DNA of 64,000 bases from Chiloscyllium plagiosum (GCF_004010195.1 NC_057719.1:70277728-70341727); one strand, 5' to 3'; numbered from the stretch's first letter, positions 11,393 through 24,681 are shown. Numbers and translations: made by a program. Notes: generated by a model not told the origin, from the sequence alone.

Positions 11393-14080
11393 ATTTGGCA
11401 GCCTCATCATGTATTATAATATGCTCAACAAAGTTAAGCTTTTCAAAAACTCCTTTTAATCACCGCAATGCTTCTGGAATAGTCATTCAGCAAGAATAGT
11501 TCTGAAAATACCACCCATGATTGATTTGTACATTTCATTTGTTTTTTCTGTCTGCATAAGTATTCCAAGAATTTCTCCCTCCCCAACTTTCTGGAGACTA
11601 CTATCAGCACTCCCTCCATTACTTAGTTGTAACTAGCATCTTCCAGCTAGCGCACATCCAGAGAAAAGGAAACCAGAGAACTCTCAGCTCCAACTATCTT
11701 TACAACAACGTAGATTGCTCTGGATTTCTTAACTTGGGCTTAAAGCTTTACTGAATGCTTTTTGGCTAAGTTGGCTCTCTCTCTGAACTGCTATTTCTGT
11801 AAGATTTGTGGAGTCCATATCTCTAGTTAGGTAAGTAACTTAAGCTGTTTTATAACTCCATCTCCTCATTTCTGATTCTATTAAACAAAACTGATAATTT
11901 CTGAACCACAGTTTGTTTTAGGTGTTCTGATAATGTCTAAAGCTCTGGTGATTGAAGGAAATGGGAGAGGAATGTAATGCATCAACAATCTGTTTACACA
12001 GCATTTGACATAGTGATACTATGATCAAAAGCGTTAAATAACAGGAATTGGCTTTAATAGGTGGGCAATTCAATACAGTCCATCCGATACCAATTTCTAT
12101 ATTTCAGTTTTTAAAAGATTGCGTATTTTGGAAATTCACAATATATTGTTTAATTTTTTTAAAAAAATTATTTTAATTTTTGAAAATCCCAAGGTAGCAT
12201 TCAGATTCTAATAAACATTTTATATTTTATAATTAATAAACTATTGCTTTCTTTATGAATCCAAAATTTTCTTTCTGAAATTTCTTTAGGAGAAAAAACA
12301 ATCCCATTGAGTCTGAAGTAAAATTGAAGCCTCTGCAGATAAAAAAAGCAATTCACCAAAGTATAGAATCACTTTGTACCTTTTTTTTCCTACTGAGGGT
12401 TACACCTTGAATTGAGATCTGGAGTTTGTGCTTGTGATTTCAGGCTAGCACTTCAGATGAAGGTTTAGCATTAAGGCTTGAGAAGTGCACTGGAGGATTA
12501 CTGCAGAACACAGCAGTAGGAACAAAAAGAGCATGTTACATTTTCTATAAAATTAATGAATTGCTCTATAACACCTTATTGTGTAAACACAACTAAATAT
12601 TCGTGAAATCCTAAAGGACAGAATTCAGCATTGAGGCAGTAGTAATGAAAATTGAGAGTAGTATTAAACGGTGCAGGATGGGATCAAAAATAATTTTGTG
12701 AGATGTGAGCACCCCTTCCCAATAAATTCTACTTAACCACTGCTAAGATGTTGAGAAAACCATTGATGGAAACAATGGTGAGCGAGATCCATAAGGATTT
12801 GTTCATAACACCCTTATTGTGTTATTTTGTGTGTTATTGATGTCTTTGCTATCTTGCAATAATTATCAATGTTACATAGAAATATCTGACTAGATATAAT
12901 TAAAAAGCTAAATACCACGATTCAGGGAGCAAGTGCTGTACACCTCTCTTGTATTTGTATCACTGATAGCAAATGTTGATTCAGTATCACTGTCTTGTGC
13001 AGAAATTAATTTAGAGTTATTTCAACATAAAAACAAATAAAAGACATAGGAAGCCCTGCTGTAAGATAGCGTGTAACAAAGGCCTGATAACACATGAGTG
13101 AGGCATTATCAACAGTGGATACACTTAATATTGCATTGCTGCTTGCAATGCAAATCATGTGATTTTATATCACAAGACTGACAGCTTCTAATAGAGATCT
13201 TAGCAGAAAAGCATCAGAGTCTGCAGAATCTTTGGATCTCTTCTTTTTTATTGGGATGAAGAAAATAGACAATTTGTCAGCCATGAGGAAAAGCTCAAAT
13301 TCTAATTTTAGCCCACATTTCTCATTTGGAATTCTCGGTATCAAGTGTGAAATGGTACTGACAGAAAATACATTTTTGGTCATCAATCGCATTTGGCAGC
13401 AACATTTCTTTTAAGAATAGGAATAAAGCAGTCCAAAAGAGGTATTGGGTGAAATCTTATGGCAGTATGAACAATATGTGATATGGCAAGATTTGTAGCA
13501 GAATTGGACAGGGAGACCATTGAGGCATTTATCAACAATGGAGCATGCATCTTTTATACTTTTGTAAACCAGTGAGGTGATATTCTCACTCGGGCATGGC
13601 AAGTTGCCAATTAAGGGGGATTATACCTTGTTGAACACTTTTAGTGCGACCACTCACAATATTCAGCTTCTAATCTTACCAAAGAAAAGACCTTGTGAAA
13701 TCTCAACTTGGAAGTCAGAGCAGGTACCTGGTGAATTCAGCTTGGCCTGGCTGCAAGGAGTTTCATTTTGCTCAGTGCCAAACAACATTTCAGGGCATGA
13801 TCCATGGGCACCAGCCATATGCAGCCTTCATTCATGGACATTGGGATTCAACATTTGCTAATCTCTCACAACCATCTGACCTTAGCATTTCTCTAATCTA
13901 CTTGAAGACCATTTAGGAAGCACAGACATGAATTGCGGGGTAAATGGCAACCAGTATTGAAACCCTGTAGCATGGACATTTTGCACTCACAAACACAGGC
14001 TCATTATTAGATGGCCTATAGAATATGCCCAGTACTAAAATAGCACTTTGTATGCTCCATAACCCTGACCAAATAGAGTC

Positions 14081-14208
14081 AGGAGAAAGTGAGGGCTGCA
14101 GATGCTGGAGATCAGAGCTGAAAATGTGTTGCTGGAAAACCGCAGCAGGTCAGGTAGCATCCACGGAACAGGAGAATCGACATTTCGGGCATAAGCCCTT
14201 CTTCAGGA
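14081..14208 (-). mobile_element. Penelope-like element terminal fragment with hammerhead motif
   Basis: Homologous to 18393-18518. The minus strand reads cctgaagaagggcttatgcccgaaatgtcga. Confidence 0.8.
14176..14208 (-). ncRNA. Minimal hammerhead ribozyme motif (stem III palindrome altered, probably by CpG decay)
   Basis: CUGAAGA-A-GGGC-UUAU-GCCC-GAAA-UG-UC. Confidence 0.65.
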
Positions 14209-14349
14209 TAGATTTAGTCCAATATAAATCTCAGACTTTCTCTCTCCAGCACTGTAAGATTTTCCTTAATTTCCATTGCCATCCCTCTTCCTTTTGTACC
14301 TTGCATATCTTCCAAAATACTTTGTATCACCAGTCTGGTTCTCTCTGAT

Positions 14350-14900
14350 TTCAATTCTCCAATGTGATTTACCGAACTTTGAATGTATACATATATACAA
14401 TAAACTTAACTCATACCTTTCTGTATTAACTCTTAGTCTGCATCACCTAGTATCTTCCTATTTCTTACTTTAACACTACATGCTTCCTCCTCATCTTTGT
14501 TCACCTTATTTATTTTTCTTACTGTTACATCATGACTGCCATCCTCCCTACTAAATTAGTTTAAAACTCCTAACAGCACTAGCAAATTGCCCAACAGAAC
14601 ATAGGTTATACTTCAACAAAGCAGGTACCAATGTGGTTTTTATAGGTGACACTTCCCAAAGAATCACTTCTGCTGTTGCAGCAATCTAAAGTTCCCACTC
14701 CTGTATCATCTCTGCAGTCACACATTCAGGAAGACTACCATTCGATTTCTATGGGGATTACCACATGCAACTGGAGATTTCTGCCTTTGAGATCCTGTTT
14801 GCCAATTCCTTCCCTAGCTTGATAAAATCTGATTTGTAGAACGCCATGCCTCTTTCTTATCTCTGCCACGGTTACTCATTTGGACCTCTGGCTGTCACCA
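14350..14900 (-). mobile_element. Old CR1 ORF1 end / ORF2 start remnant
   Basis: ttagtttaaaactcctaacagcactagcaaattgccc is the reverse complement of a (G)QFASAVRSFKL-like stretch resembling the CR1 ORF1 esterase C-terminus. Heavily decayed. Confidence 0.45.
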
Positions 14901-16510
14901 TCCCACTCAGCATTTCTTGGCACTGGGGAGGCAACATATCCTCCCAGATCCAGGCCTGTCACACCTGAATTGTTTATGTTCCCTTCACTACAGGTTGGCC
15001 ACTATTCCTTTGACAAAGTCAGCAGAAGAGGATTTCTGTTATGGCTGCTGATCAGGAGAACTGTCTCCACACTGCCAGCCCCAATATGGAAATTCCCATT
15101 GGATGTTTCGAAACAATTGTAAGTGACAATTTCAGCTGCACCATAATGAAAACCCTGTTGAGCTCATATGTCTATTTTAAACACGTTTGGGGTTTAAGTT
15201 AAGATGCTAATCACTGATTAAAACCTTGATGGAGTGGAAAGCATTCTTGTAATGGTCTCTCCTATGTTAAGCAGCACACCTTATGTTTCTAGCAGGATTA
15301 AAAAAATTTGAACTTTATTTTAGGATTCTCCTTCAACTGCTCTGCCCCCAAAGATTGTCCTGATGTGTCTTTAGGGTACACTTATTAAAATAGTAAGTGA
15401 CGGTCAATTTCGAATTTAGTGACTTAATTTGTATTCAGGCTAACTACTAGAAACAAGCAGTTATTTCAGCTACCCAATTAATGGTGCATTTGAATGTGAC
15501 AGCAACCAAAGCACTGGAATCAATTATTTTTAAGCTGTGACTACTGTTTCCCATCTAATGGGCAATCAAAGATGAGACTGAACTCAAAATTTCAGGGTGT
15601 GTTAAACAACAGATGAAGACATAAGAGTGAAATTTACTGAAAATAAATATCAAAACTAACCAGGTATCCTCCCAAGAAACTCACCACACATTTTATCAGC
15701 TGGATTTGGAATATCAATCTGTTTGATCTTTCCAGGAATTTCTTGACCAAGAATTACACAATATTAATATTTCTTCCTACTTTTTAGATTTAATCTTTAG
15801 TAATAGTAATCATTGGTGTTGTGTAATATCTCATGGTCAATAATATCAATGCATTTTTAAGAGAAATGTTCATGATATCTTCACTGTAACATAACATGTG
15901 ACCTGACAGTAGTAAAATCCCAGGTACCATCATATTTAGAATAACTTGAAGATCGATATGTTAATTGAAACAGTTTGCTCTATATAATGCTGGTGCTCAA
16001 CTTTATCCCACACGCTAATATGTCTGTAAATGTAATATTTGGATAAATTAGTGATCAGCAATAAACATCTGCTTCTCTCACAATACAATGCTACTTACAC
16101 TTAGTTTCTAATATTGTTAGGGATAACATGCTCATTGGCCCTATGGTAATGACACCCCTATGGAGGCAAAACTCATATCATGATTATCAGCAGTAGCCAC
16201 CTGTAAAGACTCGAAGACCTCAGAGACAGAAATTTGGAAAACTACTTGAAGACCAACGAGACAACAGCCCTGGATATCAAAGAATTCAGACAATCAGTAG
16301 CGTCAACTTCTGACAATACAGATAGCCATCCAAACTGTAGATAGGGCATAGAAGACAGAGCTGATTTCTTTCTGATTAAATCAAAGATCTTTCACGTTGG
16401 AATAATTTTTAATTGTATCTTGCTGAAAAATAAAAGGAACTCAAGTTACAATTTGAAACATCACATCTGCTTGACCTTCCCAGAAATCTCATGACCATGA
16501 GGGAAACAAT

Positions 16511-16668
16511 ATGAGGGACATTGATTATCTGGCATTCGATTATCCGGCAAGATTGCAATGTCCCGATGCTCGGCTAAACTGTGTTACCTGGCATTCGATT
16601 ATCTGGAATTTAGTTAACTGAACGAAATAGTCCCCCGCCAGTGTCCTTCAGATAATCGAGGTTCCTGT
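16511..16668. mobile_element. Tigger/pogo-like MITE remnant
   Basis: The right end gataatcgaggttcctgt is an imperfect inverted repeat of the left end gagggacattgattatc. ggcattcgattatc is repeated internally. Confidence 0.5.
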
Positions 16669-18125
16669 TTTGAAAATTTGAAATTTTCAGACATGTTTTG
16701 GACAATTAATACTGTACCCTTTTAACATTTTGAAAATAAACAAGGATTTGCCTTCTTGATTTAAAAAAATAGAATTAAGTTGTTCTTAAAGTACAATTCT
16801 CCGAAAAGAAAATAGTTTTAAAAAATGAAAAACACAGCTTTCTACAACAAGGTGGCTTACCTTGGTTGAGGTCTCTATAGCTTCCGCCAATTTTTTTTCT
16901 TCAGATCAGTACCAAATTTTAAAAAACCCAGAATTATGACCAGTGAAGAAAGGTATTGAGGTGGGGCTTGTGTCCATTTCAGGCAGTTGCCAAGACTTGC
17001 AAAAAAAAACAAAGTTCATGAGCAATTTAGCAGCAGCCTGAAAAATTTGTGCAATTTGGGAGGCTACCTTCTGTCTTGGTATGTTGTTTGCAGTTGCATC
17101 AACTATAGGAATAGGAAGTGGCACAATGAACTTCACATATTGGTAGGCCTTTTGTAGAGGAAGATGTCTACTGGCAATGTATCATTAAAATCCATACAGA
17201 TTTATGAATAGTAGCTGTGTGATGTTATTATTCCTTTCAGATGTGTTATTTAAATAACAACATACATATTTAAGTATGTACATCAACTGAAATACAATCA
17301 CTTACAGCATTGTACACCATCATGGGATTTTTGCTCAGTGAAGAAATAGTTGGAAGGAAATGTCAAGTTTGATGTAAGGATATTGACAGTAAAATGAAGA
17401 GCAACACATTTTTCTGCGCATTGCAATTTCTAAGGGAGAAAATTATTCATGTTGTGGAAGCAATAATAAGATTGAAATTTGAGAATATCTGCTCCCATGA
17501 AATATTCAATACAATCGGGGTTCATGTCTAAAAGCTACCTGAAAGTAAGCAATGTTTTACTTGTCTACTAGTGCTTTTGGTATCTCCATGCATAGCAAAT
17601 AGAAAACAGTGATAACATGAAATCTGTCAAGTGTATGTTTTTTGAAATGGATGAACTGCAGCTCTAGTATCCAATACAGGTTAATGGCCCATATAGGAAG
17701 ACGGAATTCACTTTCAACCTTGAAGGCTATGATCAGAAATGACTTCTGCAACTATTTGCAAATGAACATATTCATATGACATCATTCCATCTGATATTTT
17801 AGTAAAGATGGTAATACTTTGTTGTCTTAGGTGGACATAAATCTCTGTTAAAATGAAAAACATTAGATAAATTAAGTTAAACTCTGGGCAAATAAAATAG
17901 ACAACACTATTTTCAAGACTGATGAGTTTATTGTTGGTCATTGTAATGACTAGTGCCTGATATGCACTGGAAATTCTGAGTACCAATTTAAATCCATCCT
18001 GACAAACAAGAATTTTCCAGTTTTGACAAGGAAGCAATCAACAGTGGTTGGTATTGACAACTTGCTTTCATCATTTTGAGCAAGTGAGCATCAATTACCA
18101 GTGTTGAAAAGTTCTTCATCATATA

Positions 18126-18326
18126 CATTGATGGATTTGGAAGGCTCCTTTGGGGCCTTGGATGCAGATGAGGGGTGAGGTGTGGGTGCAGGTTTTGCAA
18201 TTCCTGCGGTGGCAGGGGAGGGCGTCAGGAGGGGAAGGTGGATTGTTGGGGGGGTGGACCTGACCAGGTAGTCACGGAGGGTATGGTCTTTGTGGAAAGC
18301 AGAAAGGGGTGGGGAGGGAAATATCA
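18126..18326 (-). mobile_element. Penelope-like element internal fragment
   Basis: Diverged copy of about 19045-19245. Translates as IFPSPPLSAFHKDHTLRDYLVRS. Confidence 0.8.
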
Positions 18327-18392
18327 GGCTCAACTTAAGAATGAGTACGCATTGCTGTTAGTTAAAAATCACACAACACAATGTTATAGACG

Positions 18393-19690
18393 AAAGTGAG
18401 TACTGCAGATGCTGGAGATCAGAGTCTAGATTAGAGTGGTGCTGGAAAAACACAGTAGGTCAGGCAGCATCCGAGGAGCAGGAGAATCGAAATTTCGGGC
18501 ATAAGCCCTTCATCAGGGATCCACTGGGGTGGAGAGATAAATAGGAAGGGGTTGGGGCTGGGGAGAAGGTCACTAAGAGTACAATAGGTGTATGGAGGTG
18601 GGAATGAAGGTGATAGATCGGAGAGGAGGGTGGAGTAGATAGGTGGGAAGGAAGATTGGCAGGTAGGGCAGGTCATGAGGATGGTGCTGCGCTGGTAGGT
18701 TGGAACTGGGGTAAGGTGGGGGGAGGGGAAATGAGGAAACTGGTGAAGTCCACATTGCTGCCCTGGGGTTGAAGTATTCTGAGGCAGAAGCTGAGGTGTT
18801 CTTCCTCCAGACGTCGGGTGGTGAGGGAGTGGCCGTGGAGGAGGCACAGGACTTGCATGTCCTTGGCAGAGTGGGAGGGAGAGTTGAAATGTTTGGCCAC
18901 AGGGCGGTGGGGTTGATTGGTGTGGGTGTCCTGGAGATGTTCCTAAAGCGCTCTGTGAGAAGACTTCCAGTCTCCCCAATGTAAAGGAGACCGCATCGGG
19001 AGCAACGGATACAATATATGACATTGGTCAACGTGCAGGTAAAACTTTGGATGTTGAAGGCTCCTTTAGAGCTTTGGATGGAGGTGAGGGAGGAGGTGTA
19101 GGCGCAGGTTTTGCAATTCCTGCGGTGGCAGGAGAAGGTGTCAGGATGAGAGGGTGGGTTGTTGGGGGGCGTGGACCTGACCAGGTAGTCACGGAGGGAG
19201 CGGTCTTTGCGGAAAGCAGAAAGGGGTGGGAGGGAAATATATCCCTGATGGTGGGGTCTGTTTGGATGTGGTGGAAATGTCGGCAGATGATGTGGTTTAT
19301 GTGGAGGTTGGTAGGGTGGAAGGTGAGCACCGGGGGGATTCTGCCTTGTTGTGGTTGGAGGTGTGAGGTTTGAGGGCGGAGGTACGGGATGTGGATGAGA
19401 TGTGTTGGAGGGCAGCTTCAACCATGTGGGAAGGGAAATTACGGTCTTTAAAGAAGGAGGCCTTCTGGTGTGTTCTGTGGTGGAACTGGTCCTCCTGGGA
19501 GCAGATACGGCGGAGACGGAAGAATTGGGGATACGGGATGGCATTGTTGTAGGATGTAGGGTTGGAGGTGGTGTAATCCAGGTCGCTGTGGGATTGCAGG
19601 AGGTAGGGAGGGGAGAGGTGTAATCCAGGTAGGTGTGGGAGTCTGTGCGTTTGTAAAAGATGATGTCAGTGTTAAGTCAGTCATCATTAC
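18393..19690 (-). mobile_element. Penelope-like retroelement 3' portion (RT C-terminal/thumb, GIY-YIG endonuclease, pLTR)
   Basis: IPYPQFFRLRRICS, LTFHP, PLSAFRKDRSLRDYLVRS, CxxxxCxxC linker, NVIYCIRCSRCGLLYIGETG (GIY-YIG), KHFNSPSH, RRLEEEHL, QPQGSN. Frameshifted. Confidence 0.92.
18486..18519 (-). ncRNA. Minimal hammerhead ribozyme motif in the PLE terminal repeat
   Basis: CUGAUGA-A-GGGC-UUAU-GCCC-GAAA-UU-UC. The core boxes are intact but the stem III palindrome is mutated. Confidence 0.65.
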
Positions 19691-20009
19691 CCCATATCCA
19701 TAGATGGTGGTCCCTGGTTCTCCTGCCATTAGGAACATCCTTTCTGTACCTATCCTGTCCAGTTATTGCAATGTACATTCTGATAAGGTAGACTCATGCA
19801 TTGTTCTTTCATTCTCACTTACATTTGTTGAGATAACTTTGCAATTTTATCAGGTTCAAACAGAGACAGTAAAACTGAATCTGTGATGTTTTGGTACATG
19901 CTTCTCTGAGCACCTGAATAACCTCTCTTGAAAGTCTTCTGCTAACTTTTGATGACTATGGTGACAAGGATATCTATTAATCAGATTTTGATGATTTGTC
20001 CACACTCGT

Positions 20010-20425
20010 AGTCATTAGAATCATACAGCACAGAAACAGACCCTTTGGTCCAATCGGTCTATGCTGAACATAATCCCAAACTAAACTAGTCCCACCTGCC
20101 TGCTTCTGGCTCATTACCCCTCCAAACCTTTCCTATTCATGTATCTATCCAAATTTCTTTTTAAATGTTGTTGTACCTACATTCACTACTTTCTCAGGAA
20201 GTTCATTTCACACATGAACCACCTTCTGTGTAAAAAAAAAATGCCTCATGTCCTTTTTAAATTGCCGTCCTCTCACCTTAAAAATGTGACCCTTAGTCTT
20301 GATATCCTCCATCCTAGGGAAAAGATACGTACCATTAACTCTCTCTATACCTCTCATTATTTTATAAACTTGTTTTATAAACTTATTATCAGAATGCCTC
20401 TCAATTTCCTACTCTCCAGTGAATA
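20010..20425 (-). mobile_element. CR1/HER1 LINE 3' fragment
   Basis: Reverse-complement homolog of 1-313 and 43965-44390. Confidence 0.8.
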
Positions 20426-20813
20426 GATAATTTAATAACTTCTGTTAAACCAATGAAGTTAGTAGTATTTCTGAGTTTACATTCATTAAGAGTGATTAGA
20501 CACCAAGCTAATTAGTCTTGTGTAATGTATGTTTTCTCTTTGTTTCGGCAAACATTCTTCTGAGACAGATAATGTCTTCCTGGTGTTGAATAAAGCTATG
20601 TTGATTAATGGTATTTGGTTTCCATATTGTTTGAGGTTCTTCAACATGCTGTAGAATTTTAATAGCAAAGCATGCTTTTTTTTGTTCAGGAGTGAGATGC
20701 GTTGGTTTCTGAAGATGTATATCTGTTCCACATGATGTTGGCCTCTGTATTTTAAGACTGCTCTAAAAGTTTCTTTGATTTTTAAGCAGCTTTCTGTCTT
20801 TGCCTTTAAACCT

Positions 20814-21163
20814 TGTGGCTCAGTAGTTAGTATGTTGCCTCACAATGCCAAGGATCCAGGTTTAATTCTGTGCTTGGGTGACTGTCGGTGAAGAGTATGC
20901 ACAATCTATCTGTGTCTGCGTGGGTTTCCTCTGGATGCTTCAATTGCCTCCCACAGTGCAAAGATGTGCAGGATAGGTGGATTGGCCATGCTAAATTGCT
21001 CATAGTGTCCAGGGACATGCATGCTAGGTGGATTGGCCATGAGAATTGCAGGATTTTGGGGATAGGGCAGATGAGTGGATTGGATGGGATGTTCTTCAGA
21101 GGGTCGGTGTGGATCCAATGGGCCAAAAGGTCTGCTTCCACATTGTATGGATTGTATGATTCT
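20814..21163 (+). mobile_element. HE1-type SINE
   Basis: tRNA-like head, V core and gattgtatgattct tail. The ggattggccatg segment is duplicated internally. Confidence 0.85.
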
Positions 21164-21269
21164 CTGGAAGCAGGTTATAGTTTTATTCTGTTCAATTTTT
21201 CAATGGATTTTTTTTTTCAATTAAAACAGGAGCACTTGCTCCGGTGTTAATTGTGAAATTAGTTCTATG

Positions 21270-21512
21270 ATGGTTAACCTGTCTGATCTCTGCTCATTGT
21301 AGAGTGACCAAGTTTGGCTGTTAACTGTCAATCAGCATTAATGGCACACTCTCCATTTCAATGCCACTGCCAATTAGAGTCCACTTGCCAACATATCTGC
21401 ACTATTCTCTCGTGCAGTACAAATGTTAGTATCCTCTTGAATTGGTATTCTTGTGAATTGTCCTGATGAGCGCAAAACAAAATCATCGATAATATGTTCT
21501 TTCTTAGCAATA
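21270..21512 (+). mobile_element. Old PLE-like terminal sequence with a degenerate hammerhead motif
   Basis: tgtcCTGATGAgcgcaaaac-aaaa-tcatcgat at 21459-21490 retains the CUGAUGA box, but GAAA reads AAAA. Confidence 0.35.
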
Positions 21513-22819
21513 TTTATCAGAATTTATTACAGAAAGATGATAATGAACAACTGAATGACTGAGGCTAAATCAAATTTGATTGTTGATGTGTAGAGTTAAT
21601 TGCATGCAGTCTTTATTGACTTAACGTGAACCATTCTTACATTTAGATTTAAGCATTGGCCGAAAAGGATGAGAATCGTGGCTATTCCATTTTTGAACAA
21701 AACAGTTTCTGACCTCATCAGTTTAGGCCATCTGCTCTTCCCAACAATTCATAAGCCTTTGCAATTGCAAAAAAAGAGAATAATGGTGATATGAGACATA
21801 ATCTTGCAGAGGATCCTTCCTTTCTAAAAAAAAAGGCTATTCAAGCTTCAAGACTTCCAGCTAGGAATTTATTTGGAAGTGCTACCAATACAATGCTGTG
21901 TTGCTTACATTGCAGAAAAAAAAAATCATATTTTTGAAGGGAATAGCCTGAAAAGATTCTGGCTATATTAAATAATTTAAGAAGTATTGTTGGGTTACAT
22001 TGTCTCTTATCCATGATTTTATTGATTGTGAATTAGTTCTTTGTGAATGTGGCTACAAAGTTTCTTAAATTACTCAATATCAACTATCTGGTTTCTCCTT
22101 ATTCACCATAAACTCCAGAATGAGTGTGTTTCTATGTTTCTTGTTCTGAAATTTGATAGATACGATTACTTGAGATGAACAAATTGTAAATCAATAAGGT
22201 TTCTTGGGAATTGGATCTTTAATAAAGATTTCCTGAAAGAAAACTGAAAGTCAGTCATTTTGACTAATAAAAAGTATCTCACTGTATAGAAACTGCACTA
22301 TAAGAAGATGAAAACTGTATCTTGAAAAAATCTTGGCTCCTCCTGCCACTATTCCCAATCGCACCATGGTTCGAAAATCTATAATGGGTTCTCAATAGGA
22401 TTCTTATCAACCACTGACTAGGAGTTATCATTGCTTGGTCACAAACTCAAGTAATGCCTCAACAAGATAGATGTAGTAAGTCCTCCAAGATCAGAAGACT
22501 TTTTGGCCAGTACATTTATCAGAGACCAAGTCTTTCTAAAGTTGGGAATAGAATAAAAGGAGAGGAACATCCTGCATAGCCTACTCTTCATCTGGTACCT
22601 CTAGGATATCATTAACAATACCAATAATTGTTTGAACAAGTAAGCTAACTGAGGTAGGGAAATTAGGGGTGTTCCCTGGCACAATGGATGATGTACCTGC
22701 TGTGAGTTAGAACCCTTGATTCAAACTCCACTGCAGGACTTGATATTCATATTGTTGTATAAGGATCTGGAAGGGTTAACGCTGAGAGGTCCCTTAACTA
22801 CTGCTCACTAGGATGATAT

Positions 22820-23476
22820 TGTGATGATACTACGGCTTTAAGAAGTGTACTTTGTCCTAGCTTTTGTTTTGAAGAGTGATTTGAGCCAGAGATGCTGAGC
22901 TATCTCTTTGAAGCCAATAAAGTAAACAGCTTGAGAGACCCTGGGTGTTTTTTTTTTAAAAAATAGAACAATAGAAGCAGCATGAGTGGGTGGGGTCAGG
23001 CCCCCACAGAACCAGGGTTTTAGTTTAGCTTTCAGTTGTTGAGATTTTGATATTGATTGTAGAAGCTATTATACATCTGTCCCTGCTACAGCAAAAAGCT
23101 CTCTCCCTGCTAGAATTTTCTCTTGGTTCTTGTCTCCTGAAGTGGAGAAATATCACATGTGAGACAATCTATTTAACAGAATTGGCCTTTTCCAAGGGTG
23201 TGTTTATGGGACGTTATTGTATTGGAGCAGTTGCTGTTAAATAGTTAAATATTCTATTATCTTGTTACATTTTCAAATCGAGTTCAAATCATACCAATTC
23301 TTCTTTCTTGCGTTTGTATTTTAACTGAAGTGTAGGAATAAAAAGTGTTTTGCTTAAAGTCTAGGAATGTGAGCAAGTGAATCACATCTGGAAAACAGCA
23401 CCTATAATAAGATAAAAATTAGGGTCTAGGCTATCTCCTTTATATATTTTGAGGGAGTTGGGCCTGGTCCATAAGA
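22820..23476 (+). mobile_element. Solo LTR (Gypsy-type)
   Basis: Starts TG, has AATAAA near 23337, and ends ggtccataaga, similar to the ggtccataaca LTR end at 60845 (reverse complement). Flanked by a 4-bp ATAT duplication (22816-22819 and 23477-23480). Confidence 0.65.
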
Positions 23477-24681
23477 ATATCATATTGATTTGGGATGTGG
23501 ACAGCTCTGGCTTTCAAAGGAATGAGATCAATGTCTGGTTCCTCTTCAATTCTCTTATCAAGATCTATCAAATTGTATATTTTGTTATTATGCAATAAAC
23601 CACAACTTGTGTAAGACCTGAGCCTCTTATTAAAATAACAAATGGCTTTCCTCAACCACACTAGACCAAAATGGCCCTAAAGATCTCTACCCTGATGGTA
23701 GAAAATTTAGCCAGTGGTACCAAGTCTTCCATATAGTGACAAGGAGAGTTCATAAACGTAGTGTTTGGCAGGACATATTGCTCAGCCAATATGGTGACAA
23801 GCAATGACTTACAATTAGCTTCCTCCTGCTGGCACCAGGAAAGGTGTGAAGATTTCTTCACATATGTTTTAAGAAGTCCATTCATGCAGGCAGTCAGCAT
23901 CTGGAAGAACTGAACATTCATAAACCCACTTGAAGAAAACCTAATGCCAAGATCAATGAGACATTTATTTTTAATATGCTCGTGGGACTTGGGCATCACT
24001 GTTTGGCTCGTATTTATTGACTGTCCCTAGTTTCCTTGAAAAGGTGGGATGAGCTGCTTCCTTGAGCCGCTACAGTGCATGTGCTGTATGCCCTTAGGGA
24101 GGGAATTCCTGGAGTTTGACCCAACAACAATGAAGGAATGGCAATGTACTTCTAAGTCAAGATGCTGAGTGGCTTGGAGGGGAAATCTAGGGTGGTGGTG
24201 TTCCCATGTATTGACTTCCCTTGTCCTTCTAGATGGAAGTGGTCAGGGTTGGGAAGGCACTGTCTGAGAATCTTTGGTGAATTTCTGTAGTGCACCTGCA
24301 GGTAGTACACACTGCTGCTACTGGTGGAGGGAATGAATACTTGTGGATGTGGTGCCAATCAGGTGTGCTTCTTTTGTCCTGGATGGTTTCAAGCTGCTTG
24401 AGTGTTTTTGGAGCTGCACCCATCCATGGTGGTGGGGAGTATTCTATCACAATCCTGACTTGTGGCTTGTAGTTGGAAGACAGGCTTTTTGGAGTCAGGA
24501 GGTAAATGACATTCCACAGCATTCCTAACCCTCTGAGATGTTCTTATAGACACTGTATATAGTGAATCTAGCTGAATTTCTGGTTAACGGTAACTTCCAG
24601 GATGTTGACAGTGGAGGAATTCAGCGAAGTTAACACCAATTGAATGTCAAGGGGCGGTGGTTAGATTGTCTCTTATTAGAG

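Noticed and set aside
18573..19544. 323-aa ORF as an intact gene
   Set aside because: It is a mosaic of frames of a frameshifted PLE ORF. Only part of it is in the true GIY-YIG frame.
23661..23999. 112-aa ORF with VPLAKFST, vaguely P-transposase-like
   Set aside because: The similarity is too weak, and the ORF start lies in a LINE tail.
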